Assembly (NCBI GenBank): GCA_963764435.1 | Contig: CAVXSL010000012.1 | Span: 73,079-137,078 of the forward strand | Source: an uncultured Actinomycetota bacterium | GTDB taxonomy: Bacteria > Actinomycetota > Actinomycetes > Actinomycetales > Microbacteriaceae | Direction of reading: 5' to 3' | DNA length: 64,000 nucleotides | Part shown: piece by piece, positions 56,172-64,000 of the stretch | How the letters are laid out: every line of letters begins with the position of its first letter | Position numbering within the stretch: the first letter of the stretch is position 1 | Notes under the pieces: generated by a model | What the model saw: only the letters and a program-made list of their open reading frames with translations | Database searches by the model: none | Told to the model about the DNA's origin: nothing | Translations under genes and position numbers: made by a program

Positions 56172-57881
56172 TCAGTTCTTGATGCCCACGGTGAGCGCAG
56201 GCGAGAACGGCGAGTCGAGTTGGCCGCAGAAGTAGCGGAACGTGACGTCGAAGGAGCCGTTCGGCGTGTTGTCCACGTTGACCTGGGCGCTGGTGGTGGC
56301 GGGGCCGAACACGGGGTTGTTGGGCACCGTCGCGTCGCCGGTGACCGACACCTCGTAGCCGCTCAGGGTCTGCCCGGCGGGGCAGGACTGCTGGGACCAG
56401 CTGACGGTGATCTGGCCGACCTCGGGATCGACCGGGTTCTGGTTCGTCGTCGGTGCGGACGTGGGTGCGCTCGGGGCAACGGGATCGGTGAGGTAGGTGA
56501 GCGTGATGGTGGTGCCGGGCTGCACGGGTCCGCTCGGATTGACCTCGGAGACCGTGTTGGCCTGGCCCGGCTCCGTCGCGGCGCCGCCTGCTTCGCGCAC
56601 GACAGGCAGGCCGAGCGCCTCGATCTGGGCCGCAGCGTCATCGACGTTCATGCCGATGTACGCGTTGCGGTCGATCGGAATCGTCTGAGGTGCCGTGGGC
56701 GTGGGCGTCGGCGTGGGCGTGGGCGTAGTGGGCGGCGGTGTCGTCGGCGTGATGTTCGATGTCGGCCGGCTCGTGGTGGACGCGGTCGGGCCGCCGCCCG
56801 CGTTGTCCAATGCGAGGGCGATGATCGTGCCGATCAGCACGATCGCAAGGATCGCGATGAGTACGATGAGCGGCCACGTCCAAGGGCTGCGCTTCTTCTC
56901 GGCGGCCTCCTCCTCGCCCTCCGTCGTGCTCACGCCGCCCGTGGCGCCCGACTGCAGCACGGTCGTCGCGGACGTGGCGGCCTGCCGCGGCATGAGCATC
57001 GTCGCGGCGGTGGCTCCTGCGGCGCCGAGCACCGCGGGAACGGCCGCGGCCGCGGCCTGCACGTCGCCGCGGCGCAGCGCCGTAGCAGCGCGGGCCAGGT
57101 GCGCTGCGGACTGCGGACGGTCGGCCGGATTCTTCGCGATGCACGCGTAGACGAGGTTTCGCACCGGCTCCGACACCGTGACCGGCAGGTCGGGGGGCGT
57201 CTCGTTGATCTGCGCCATCGCGATGGCCACCTGCGACTCGCCCGTGAAAGGCCGCCGGCCGGCGAGGGCCTCGTACGCCACGATCCCGAGCGAGTAGATG
57301 TCGGTCGTGGGCGACGCCGGGTGGCCCGACGCCTGCTCGGGCGAGAGGTACTGCACGGTGCCCATGACCTGGCCGGTGGCCGTGAGCGGCACCTGATCGG
57401 CGATGCGGGCGATGCCGAAGTCGGTGATCTTCACGCGTCCGTCAGGCGTGATGAGGAGGTTTCCCGGCTTGATGTCGCGGTGCACGAGGCCAGCCGCGTG
57501 CGCGGCATGGAGGGCCGCGGCGGTCTGGGCCACGATGTCGAGCACCTTGTCGGTCGAGAGCACGTGCTCCCGTTCGAGGATGGTCGAGAGCGCTTCGCCC
57601 GGCACGAGCTCCATGACGAGGTAGGCGCTGCCCTCCTCCTCGCCGTAGTCGTAGACGTTCGCGATGCCCTCGTGGTTCACGAGCGCGGCATGGCGGGCCT
57701 CGGCGCGGAAGCGCTCGAGGAAGCCCGGGTCGCCGAGGTACTCGTCCTTCAGGATCTTGATCGCCACCTGGCGGCCGATGACGAGGTCCGTGGCCTGCCA
57801 CACCTCGCCCATTCCACCGATCGCGATCCGGGACTGCAGCTCGTAGCGCCCCCCGAAGGTGAGCCCTGCGCTCGGTCTCAT
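56172..57881 (-). CDS. pknA: Ser/Thr protein kinase (pknA position) with TM, one PASTA-like unit and a further extracellular beta-rich domain
   Basis: [26 protein letters not shown]. Confidence 0.88.
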   Translation of the reverse strand: MRPSAGLTFGGRYELQSRIAIGGMGEVWQATDLVIGRQVAIKILKDEYLGDPGFLERFRAEARHAALVNHEGIANVYDYGEEEGSAYLVMELVPGEALSTILEREHVLSTDKVLDIVAQTAAALHAAHAAGLVHRDIKPGNLLITPDGRVKITDFGIARIADQVPLTATGQVMGTVQYLSPEQASGHPASPTTDIYSLGIVAYEALAGRRPFTGESQVAIAMAQINETPPDLPVTVSEPVRNLVYACIAKNPADRPQSAAHLARAATALRRGDVQAAAAAVPAVLGAAGATAATMLMPRQAATSATTVLQSGATGGVSTTEGEEEAAEKKRSPWTWPLIVLIAILAIVLIGTIIALALDNAGGGPTASTTSRPTSNITPTTPPPTTPTPTPTPTPTAPQTIPIDRNAYIGMNVDDAAAQIEALGLPVVREAGGAATEPGQANTVSEVNPSGPVQPGTTITLTYLTDPVAPSAPTSAPTTNQNPVDPEVGQITVSWSQQSCPAGQTLSGYEVSVTGDATVPNNPVFGPATTSAQVNVDNTPNGSFDVTFRYFCGQLDSPFSPALTVGIKN

Positions 57882-59332
57882 TTACTCAGCACCGCCTCTA
57901 GTACCTGCTTTGCGACGGGTGCGGCGATGAGATTGCCGAACCCCTCCTGACCAAGTCCCCCGCCATCCTCCACGAGTACCGTGATCGCATACTGAGGGTT
58001 GTCAGCAGGGGCAAAACCGGTGAACCAGAGAGTGTAGGGTTCACTCTCGCCGTTCTCCGCTGTGCCGGTCTTACCGGCCACGCTGACGCCGTCTATTCTT
58101 GCATTACTCGCGGCGCCGTTTTCGACGCCGTTGACCATCATCTGCACCATCGTGTTCGCCGTCTCCTCGCTGATCGCACGGCCGAATTCGGAGGCTTCGA
58201 ATTCCTGCAGCGGAGAGAAGTCGGGGGCGATGACGGCGTCGACGATTTCGGGGTCCATGACGATGCCGCCGTTGGCGATCGCCGCAGACACCATGGCCAT
58301 CTGCATGGGCGTCGCTCGGACGTCGCCCTGGCCGAACGCGCTCAGCGCAGTCTGCGGCTCGTCGAGCACGCGGGGGTAGGTGCTGGCCTCGGTGGCAGTC
58401 GGGATCTCGAAGTCGAAGTTGAAGCCGAACTTCTCGGCCTGCTCACGGATCGCGGCATCGCCCAGCTCCATGCCGAGTTCGGCCATCGGGATGTTGCACG
58501 AGAGGCGCAGCGCATCGGCGAGCGTCACCTCCGAGCCGCCGCCGCAGGTGCCGCCGCCGGAGTTGCGCACGACCGCGTCCGTGCCGGGCAGCGTGAGCGA
58601 CGCCGGATTGGGGAACGTCGACTCGGGCGTGTAGCGACCGGACTCCAGGGCGGCCGCTGTGACGACGAGCTTGAAGGTCGAACCGGGCGGGTTGAGGTCG
58701 CCGCCGGTCGCGCGGTTGAACAGGGGATCGCTCGGGTCGGCGAGCAGCCCGTCGTACGTGGTCTGCACCTGCGTGCCGTCGTGCACGGAAAGCGAGTTCG
58801 GGTCGTACGTGGGCTTCGTCACCATCGCGAGGATGCGCCCGGTGGACGGCTCGGTGACGATCACGGCACCCGTGTAGTCGCCGAGGGCGTCCCATGCCGC
58901 CTGCTGGGCGACCGGATCGATGGCCACCTCGACGGATGCCCCCACCGGGTCCTGCCCGGAGATCAGCCGGTTGAGCTGGTCGAAGAACTGGCTGGAGCTC
59001 TGCCCGCTGAGGTAGGAGTTCATCGACCGCTCGAGCCCGCTCGCCTCGCCGTTCACGGGGATGTAACCGGTGACGGGGGCGTAGAGCGGGCCGTTCGCGT
59101 AGATCCGCTGGAACTTGTAGTCGTCGTCGGAGGGCTGCGATGAGGCGATCGGATCGCCATCCACGAGGATCGGTCCCCGTTCGACCGAATAGCTCTCGTA
59201 GAGCGTGCGCGAGTTGCGGGGATCCTCGGCGAGGGCCTCCGCCCCCACGTACTGCACGATCGTCGAGGAGACGAAGAGTGCGACGAACATGAGCAGCGCG
59301 ACGGTCGTCACGCGCTTGAGTTCACGATTCAT
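57878..59332 (-). CDS. pbpA: Penicillin-binding protein A (class B transpeptidase)
   Basis: ATG 59332 overlaps the rodA stop. STFK active-site motif (PPGSTFKLV), and KTGTA. Confidence 0.9.
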   Translation of the reverse strand: MNRELKRVTTVALLMFVALFVSSTIVQYVGAEALAEDPRNSRTLYESYSVERGPILVDGDPIASSQPSDDDYKFQRIYANGPLYAPVTGYIPVNGEASGLERSMNSYLSGQSSSQFFDQLNRLISGQDPVGASVEVAIDPVAQQAAWDALGDYTGAVIVTEPSTGRILAMVTKPTYDPNSLSVHDGTQVQTTYDGLLADPSDPLFNRATGGDLNPPGSTFKLVVTAAALESGRYTPESTFPNPASLTLPGTDAVVRNSGGGTCGGGSEVTLADALRLSCNIPMAELGMELGDAAIREQAEKFGFNFDFEIPTATEASTYPRVLDEPQTALSAFGQGDVRATPMQMAMVSAAIANGGIVMDPEIVDAVIAPDFSPLQEFEASEFGRAISEETANTMVQMMVNGVENGAASNARIDGVSVAGKTGTAENGESEPYTLWFTGFAPADNPQYAITVLVEDGGGLGQEGFGNLIAAPVAKQVLEAVLSK

Positions 59333-60741
59333 CCGTCGATCACCAGCCTTGGATGGTTGCGCACGGTGTCGGAGAGCCTGAGCAACAGCGCCACGATGAT
59401 CCAGTTGGCCACCAGTGACGAACCGCCGGCCGCGAGGAACGGCGTGGTGAGCCCGGTGAGCGGGATGACCCGGGTGACGCCGCCTACGACGATGAACACC
59501 TGCAGGGCGATCACGAACGCGAGTCCGACGCCGAGGAGCTTGCCGAAGTCGTCCTGCCCGGCGAAGCCGATGCGGAACCCGCGGGCGACGAAGAGCATGT
59601 ACAGCGCGAGGATCGCGAAGATGCCGGCGAGACCCAGCTCCTCGCCGAGGCTCGCGATGATGTAGTCGCTCTGCGGCACCGGGGTGATGTCCGGGCGGCC
59701 CTGGCCCCAGCCTGTGCCGATGAGTCCACCGTTCGCCATCCCGAACAGGCCCTGCACGACCTGGTAGCTGCCGCCGAACTCCTGATCGTATCGCTCGGAA
59801 CTGAACGGGTCGATCCAGTTCGCGAAGCGGTTGCCCACGTAGTCGAGCGTCTGGCTCGCGATGATCGCGCCGCCGATGAAGAGGCCCAGGCCGAGCACGA
59901 CCCACGAAATCCGGCTCGTCGCCACGTACAGCATGACCAGGAACAGTCCGAAGTAGAGCAGGGCGGTGCCGAGGTCGCGCTGGAACACGATGACGGCCAT
60001 CGACAGCGCCCAGATGACGAGGAGCGGCCCGAGGTCCCGGGCCCGCGGGAACCGCATTCCGAGGAACTTCGGGCCCACCATCGAGAGCGAGTCGCGGTTG
60101 CGAACGAGGTACCCGGCGAAGAAGACCGCCAGGGCGATCTTCGCGATCTCACCGGGCTGGAACGTAGCGAAGTCGCCCACGCCGATCCAGACCCGCGCAC
60201 CGCTCACCTCGCGACCGACGCCAGGCACGAGCGGCAGGAGCAGGAGGACGATGGCGATGAGCCCGGAGAGGTAGGTGTACCGGAACAGCACGCGGTGGTT
60301 GCGGATCACGAGGATCGTCACGATGGCCGCGACGATCGCGATGGCGCTCCATACGATCTGGCGAACCGACGCGCTCTCCCAGCCCGAGTCGCCCTCGGCG
60401 ATGTCGATGCGGTAGATCATCGCGATGCCGAGTCCGTTCAGCACCGTCGCGATCGGCAGCAGGAACGGGTCGGCATCGCGGGCGACGAACCGCATCGCGA
60501 TGTGCATGCCGAATACCAGCACCGACAGGCCGGCTCCGAGCAGCACGAGCTGCGTGTCGGTGCGTCCCAGCGCTCCGAGCTGCACGAGCACGATCGCCGA
60601 GGCGTTGATGATGCATGCCACGATGAGCAGCCCGAGCTCCATGTTGCGAAGCTTCTGCGGGAGGCGGATGCGGCGCACGGCGCCGGTGGACGGCCCGCTC
60701 GAACGGGGAGCCTGGGCGGTGCGTCCCTGGCTGTCAGTCAA
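59329..60741 (-). CDS. rodA: FtsW/RodA-family peptidoglycan polymerase (SEDS)
   Basis: About 10 TM segments, with QPGEIAKI and QSDYIIASLGEELG motifs. Start TTG 60741 is tentative (ATG 60642 is the alternative). Confidence 0.88.
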   Translation of the reverse strand: MTDSQGRTAQAPRSSGPSTGAVRRIRLPQKLRNMELGLLIVACIINASAIVLVQLGALGRTDTQLVLLGAGLSVLVFGMHIAMRFVARDADPFLLPIATVLNGLGIAMIYRIDIAEGDSGWESASVRQIVWSAIAIVAAIVTILVIRNHRVLFRYTYLSGLIAIVLLLLPLVPGVGREVSGARVWIGVGDFATFQPGEIAKIALAVFFAGYLVRNRDSLSMVGPKFLGMRFPRARDLGPLLVIWALSMAVIVFQRDLGTALLYFGLFLVMLYVATSRISWVVLGLGLFIGGAIIASQTLDYVGNRFANWIDPFSSERYDQEFGGSYQVVQGLFGMANGGLIGTGWGQGRPDITPVPQSDYIIASLGEELGLAGIFAILALYMLFVARGFRIGFAGQDDFGKLLGVGLAFVIALQVFIVVGGVTRVIPLTGLTTPFLAAGGSSLVANWIIVALLLRLSDTVRNHPRLVIDG

Positions 60742-61966
60742 CGGATTCCTCCAGTCGCCGCACGATTCGCTGGGCCTCCGAGAAGGAATCCGCGCTGATG
60801 GTCTGCTCGACACGCTGCTGGTCGTAGGTGCGCAGATCGGCGATGTCGACGGTGGTCTCGGTGTGCAGCTCGTGCAGGGAGATCGGGCCGAGGTCCTGCT
60901 GGATGCCATGGTAGATGGCCACGCGGCCACCCGACTCGCCCACGTAGTACCGCGTCTGCGTCCACCCGTAACCGAGCAGGAACGTCGTGGCGATGGCCAC
61001 CAGGAGCAGCACGATCCAGAAGCTCCAGATCCACTTGCGCCGCCGCCGCCGGCGGGCATCCTCCTCGATGATCTCGTCGAAGTAGTCCTCCGAGTCAGGC
61101 TCGAAGTGCGTCTCCTGCACCGGGTGCGGACGGAATGCGGTCAGTCGGATGCCGCGGGCCCGCACCGGCTCCGCGGCTGCGCCGAATGCGAGCGGCGCCG
61201 CCGCCGAGCCGACGACGAGCGGCGGTGTCGCGGGCGCCGCGGGTTCGCCGATCTCGACGACGACGACCGTGACGTTGTCGGGCGCGCCGCCGTCGAGCGA
61301 AGCCTTCACCAGTCGGTCGGCGATCTGCTTGGCACCGGCGTCCGCCGAGAGCATCTCCTGGATCTGGTCGAACGGCACGACGCCCGAGAGTCCGTCGGAG
61401 CAGATCATCCATCGATCGCCGGCGCGCGTGTCGAGCACCATCGAGTCGATCTCGGGCGAACTCTCGACATCGCCGAGCACGCGCATGAGCACCGAACGCC
61501 GCGGGTGCACCATCGCCTCCTCGGCGGTGATGCGGCCGGCGTCCACGAGGCGCTGCACGAACGTGTGGTCGGTCGAGATCTGGCTGAGCTCGCCGGAGCG
61601 GAGCAGGTAGATGCGCGAGTCGCCGATGTGCGAGATCACGACGTGGTCGCCGTCCAGCAGTATGGCGCTCACGGTGGTGCCCATGCCGGTGAGCTCGGAG
61701 TGCTCGGCGACGGTCTCGGCGAGCTGGCGATTGGCGGCGACCAGGGCGTCCTCGAGCGCGGCCGCGGCATCCGGTGCCGACGCATAGTCATCGTCGGCCT
61801 CGGCGATGCGGCGCGTGGCGATGGCGCTGGCGACGTCACCGCCCGCGTGCCCGCCCATGCCGTCGGCGACGAGGAACAACCGGCGTCCGGCGTACCCGGA
61901 GTCCTGGTTGTTCGAGCGTATTCGCCCGACGTGCGAGACCGCGGCGCTCGCCTTGACCGTCGCCAT
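60734..61966 (-). CDS. pstP: PP2C-family Ser/Thr phosphatase with a C-terminal TM/extracellular segment
   Basis: RSNNQDSGY, VADGMGGHAGG, SDGL, DNVTVVVV. Confidence 0.92.
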   Translation of the reverse strand: MATVKASAAVSHVGRIRSNNQDSGYAGRRLFLVADGMGGHAGGDVASAIATRRIAEADDDYASAPDAAAALEDALVAANRQLAETVAEHSELTGMGTTVSAILLDGDHVVISHIGDSRIYLLRSGELSQISTDHTFVQRLVDAGRITAEEAMVHPRRSVLMRVLGDVESSPEIDSMVLDTRAGDRWMICSDGLSGVVPFDQIQEMLSADAGAKQIADRLVKASLDGGAPDNVTVVVVEIGEPAAPATPPLVVGSAAAPLAFGAAAEPVRARGIRLTAFRPHPVQETHFEPDSEDYFDEIIEEDARRRRRRKWIWSFWIVLLLVAIATTFLLGYGWTQTRYYVGESGGRVAIYHGIQQDLGPISLHELHTETTVDIADLRTYDQQRVEQTISADSFSEAQRIVRRLEESVD

Positions 61967-61969
61967 GTC

Positions 61970-62527
61970 CTACCGCCGCAGCTCGAAGGTGGTCGCTCCG
62001 ACCTTGACGGTGGCTCCGAGCGGGATGGGCGTCGGCACGGTCACTCGGGAGCCGTTGAGGAAGGTGCCGTTCGTGGAATCGAGGTCCTGGATCATCCAGC
62101 GGCCGTTCCAGAGCATGAGCCGGGCGTGGTGGGTGGAGGTGTAGTCGTCGCGGATGATGATGGCCGAGTCGCTCGAGCGGCCGATCGTGATCTCGTCACG
62201 GCCGAGCGGGAACTCGGCGCCGGCCTTCTGCCCGCTCGTGATGACGAGGCGGGTGGCGTTCTCGGTGGAGGCGTTCTCGCCGCCCGGTCCGGAAGCGGGG
62301 GCGGCCGGGTGGATGACGGTCGCAGCCGACGGCGATCCGGCAGGGACGGGCGAGGCGGGGAAGACGGACGCCGCGACCGCTACGCCCGCCGCCGGCGTGT
62401 CGGTCTGGAGCTTCCGCACCCGCTGGCCGAACAGGTCGCTTCGCAGCGAGTACACGATCGCGAACACGAAGACCCAGAGCAGCACCAGGAATCCGAGTTG
62501 GAGGACGAGTAGGGTGAGTTCGCTCAT
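61970..62527 (-). CDS. fhaB: FHA-domain protein FhaB/FipA (N-terminal TM, C-terminal FHA)
   Basis: ITIGRSSDSAIIIRDDYTSTHHARL...STNGTFLNG. Confidence 0.9.
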   Translation of the reverse strand: MSELTLLVLQLGFLVLLWVFVFAIVYSLRSDLFGQRVRKLQTDTPAAGVAVAASVFPASPVPAGSPSAATVIHPAAPASGPGGENASTENATRLVITSGQKAGAEFPLGRDEITIGRSSDSAIIIRDDYTSTHHARLMLWNGRWMIQDLDSTNGTFLNGSRVTVPTPIPLGATVKVGATTFELRR

Positions 62528-63297
62528 TCGCCGGGCCCCCAGAAGCCGCCCATGTCGTGGCGCTGTGTTGCAGGGTCGGCGCCGCGGCCGGAGGGCGCGG
62601 AGGCTTGGGCGAGCACGCGGAAAACGATACGGGATCGGCCGATGGTGATCACAGAGTCGGGCTCGAGCACGGCCTCCTTGACCGGGGCGCCGTTGAGTTG
62701 GGTGCCGTTGGTTGAGCCGAGGTCACGCAGGCGGGCTCGGGAGCCGTCCCACTGCACCTCTGCGTGCCGCCGCGAGGCACCGGCGTCGTCGAGCGTGAGG
62801 TCGGCCTCGCTGCCGCGGCCGATGACGGTGCGCCCCTTGAGGATCGGGTGGCGCTTGCCGGCCACGTCGAGCACCGGCGTCCATGCGACTTCGCCCTTGA
62901 CGTTGCGAGAGTCGACCTGCACCATTCCCTCGGTGAGGCTCGGGTCGGGCAGCAGCGTGATGGAGATGCCGCCGGCGAACTGGAAGCGCTGGCCCGCCGC
63001 ATGCTTCTGCACGAGATCGGTGAGCTCGTCGATGAGGGCCGGCCCGAGGCCGGCCATGCGGTCATGATCGGTCGGCGACATCCGTACTGCGAACGTGTTC
63101 GGCACGAGCACGCGGTCGCGTGAGACCACCGCCGCCTTCGTGTCGATCTCTCGCTTGAGTGCCGCGGTGATCTCGACGGGCTGCAGCCCCGAGCGGAAGG
63201 TCTTCGCGAACGCGCTGTTGACGGCGCGCTCGAGACCCTTCTCGAAGTTGTCCAGTAGGCCCACAGGTCTCCCGATCCCGTTCCGTGATTGTGTCAC
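62524..63297 (-). CDS. fhaA: FhaA (DUF3662 N-terminal domain plus C-terminal FHA)
   Basis: LDNFEKGLERAVNSAFAKTF...; FHA segment TVIGRGSEADLTLDDAGASRRHAEV...STNGTQLNG. Confidence 0.9.
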   Translation of the reverse strand: MTQSRNGIGRPVGLLDNFEKGLERAVNSAFAKTFRSGLQPVEITAALKREIDTKAAVVSRDRVLVPNTFAVRMSPTDHDRMAGLGPALIDELTDLVQKHAAGQRFQFAGGISITLLPDPSLTEGMVQVDSRNVKGEVAWTPVLDVAGKRHPILKGRTVIGRGSEADLTLDDAGASRRHAEVQWDGSRARLRDLGSTNGTQLNGAPVKEAVLEPDSVITIGRSRIVFRVLAQASAPSGRGADPATQRHDMGGFWGPGE

Positions 63298-63329
63298 ATG
63301 GTAGCCGCCGCGGCTGGGAACACCCCTGC

Positions 63330-64000
63330 TCAGTCGATCGGTATGGCCACCTCCTCCTCGTCGACGTTGAGCGACAGTGTCGGGATCGACGCGGTGAGGT
63401 ACGTGCCGTCGGCCCGGCGCGAACCGGTGACGTCGCGCATGGTCGGAGCGCCGTACAGCCGCGGGCCCTGCCCGTCGATCGTGACGGTGACGGGGGCACC
63501 GGCGCGCACCACGACCTCGTCACCCCGCACGCGCACCCGGGCCTCTTCACCGACCTCCACCGCCAACGAGATCGACTCGGCATCGAGGGCCACGCGGAGG
63601 CGGGTGCCTCGCAGCGTGATGCGGAAGACCAGGCTGCGCCACTCGTCGGGGAGACGCGGATCGAACGAGAAGACGCCGTTGTGGTCGCGGAATCCACCGA
63701 AGCCCGACACGAGCGCGCTCCAGACGCCCCCGGTGGACGCGACATGCACGCCGTCGGCGGCGTTGTTGTGCAGGTCGGCGAGGTCGACGAAGAGCGCCGA
63801 GCGGAAGTACCGCATCGCGAGTTCGTGGTAGCCGACCTCGGCGGCGACGATCGACTGCACCACTGCCGAGAGCGTCGAGTCACCGGTGGTCAGCGGGTCG
63901 TAGTACTCGAAGTCGGCCCGCTTCATCTCGGTGCTGAACCGGTCGCCCTGCAGGTAGAGGGCGAGGACGACGTCGGCCTGCTTCAGCACCTGGAAGCGGT
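63330..64000 (-). CDS. Glycoside hydrolase family 65 phosphorylase (maltose/trehalose/kojibiose type), C-terminal part; the gene continues beyond the window
   Basis: KQADVVLALYL...YYDPLTTGDSTLS...HELAMRYF...DLADLHNNAADGVHVAS.GG.W is the typical GH65 catalytic/C-terminal region. Confidence 0.8.
   Translation of the reverse strand, partial: RFQVLKQADVVLALYLQGDRFSTEMKRADFEYYDPLTTGDSTLSAVVQSIVAAEVGYHELAMRYFRSALFVDLADLHNNAADGVHVASTGGVWSALVSGFGGFRDHNGVFSFDPRLPDEWRSLVFRITLRGTRLRVALDAESISLAVEVGEEARVRVRGDEVVVRAGAPVTVTIDGQGPRLYGAPTMRDVTGSRRADGTYLTASIPTLSLNVDEEEVAIPID

Overview
High-GC actinobacterial chromosomal replication-origin region; the gene order looks Micrococcales/Microbacteriaceae-like, which I infer and have not verified. 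Minus strand around the origin: rpmH-rnpA-yidD-yidC-jag-rsmG, then a roughly 5.3 kb insert, then parA-parB. Plus strand: dnaA-[oriC]-dnaN-recF-DUF721(DciA-like)-gyrB-gyrA-DUF3566-tRNA-Ile-tRNA-Ala. Further right are NUDIX, ppiA, rhomboid, crgA, class E sortase, pabA/trpG and the fhaA-fhaB-pstP-rodA-pbpA-pknA-pknB operon, ending in a partial GH65 phosphorylase. The left part holds pntAA/pntAB/pntB, a MerR pair, WS/DGAT, a polyamine-type ABC operon, an amidohydrolase, an aldo/keto reductase, dnaB, rplI-rpsR-ssb-rpsF, cca, murJ, trxB-trxA, an aminotransferase and ddl. I found no rRNA, CRISPR array, transposase, integrase or recognisable defence system, and no convincing novel multi-gene system. 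Points worth a second look: (1) eight near-consensus parS sites, five of them in a 0.5 kb non-coding array and two filling the jag-rsmG spacer; (2) a Trp-repeat acidic disordered ORF of about 520 aa upstream of parA and, apart from one frameshift, continuous with it; (3) rsmG is separated from parAB by an insert carrying a decayed AraC-type gene; (4) about 10 of roughly 60 genes are interrupted as sequenced, including a perfect 17-bp tandem duplication and in-frame stops, so this is either real gene decay or an indel-prone assembly; (5) perfect-consensus DnaA boxes cluster upstream of dnaB and next to crgA, while the dnaA-dnaN oriC spacer has only imperfect boxes; (6) several short tandem repeats, one of which reiterates the 3' end of pknB. 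Coordinates, frames and motif matches were worked out by hand from the sequence. Family names come from memory of conserved motifs, not from database searches.
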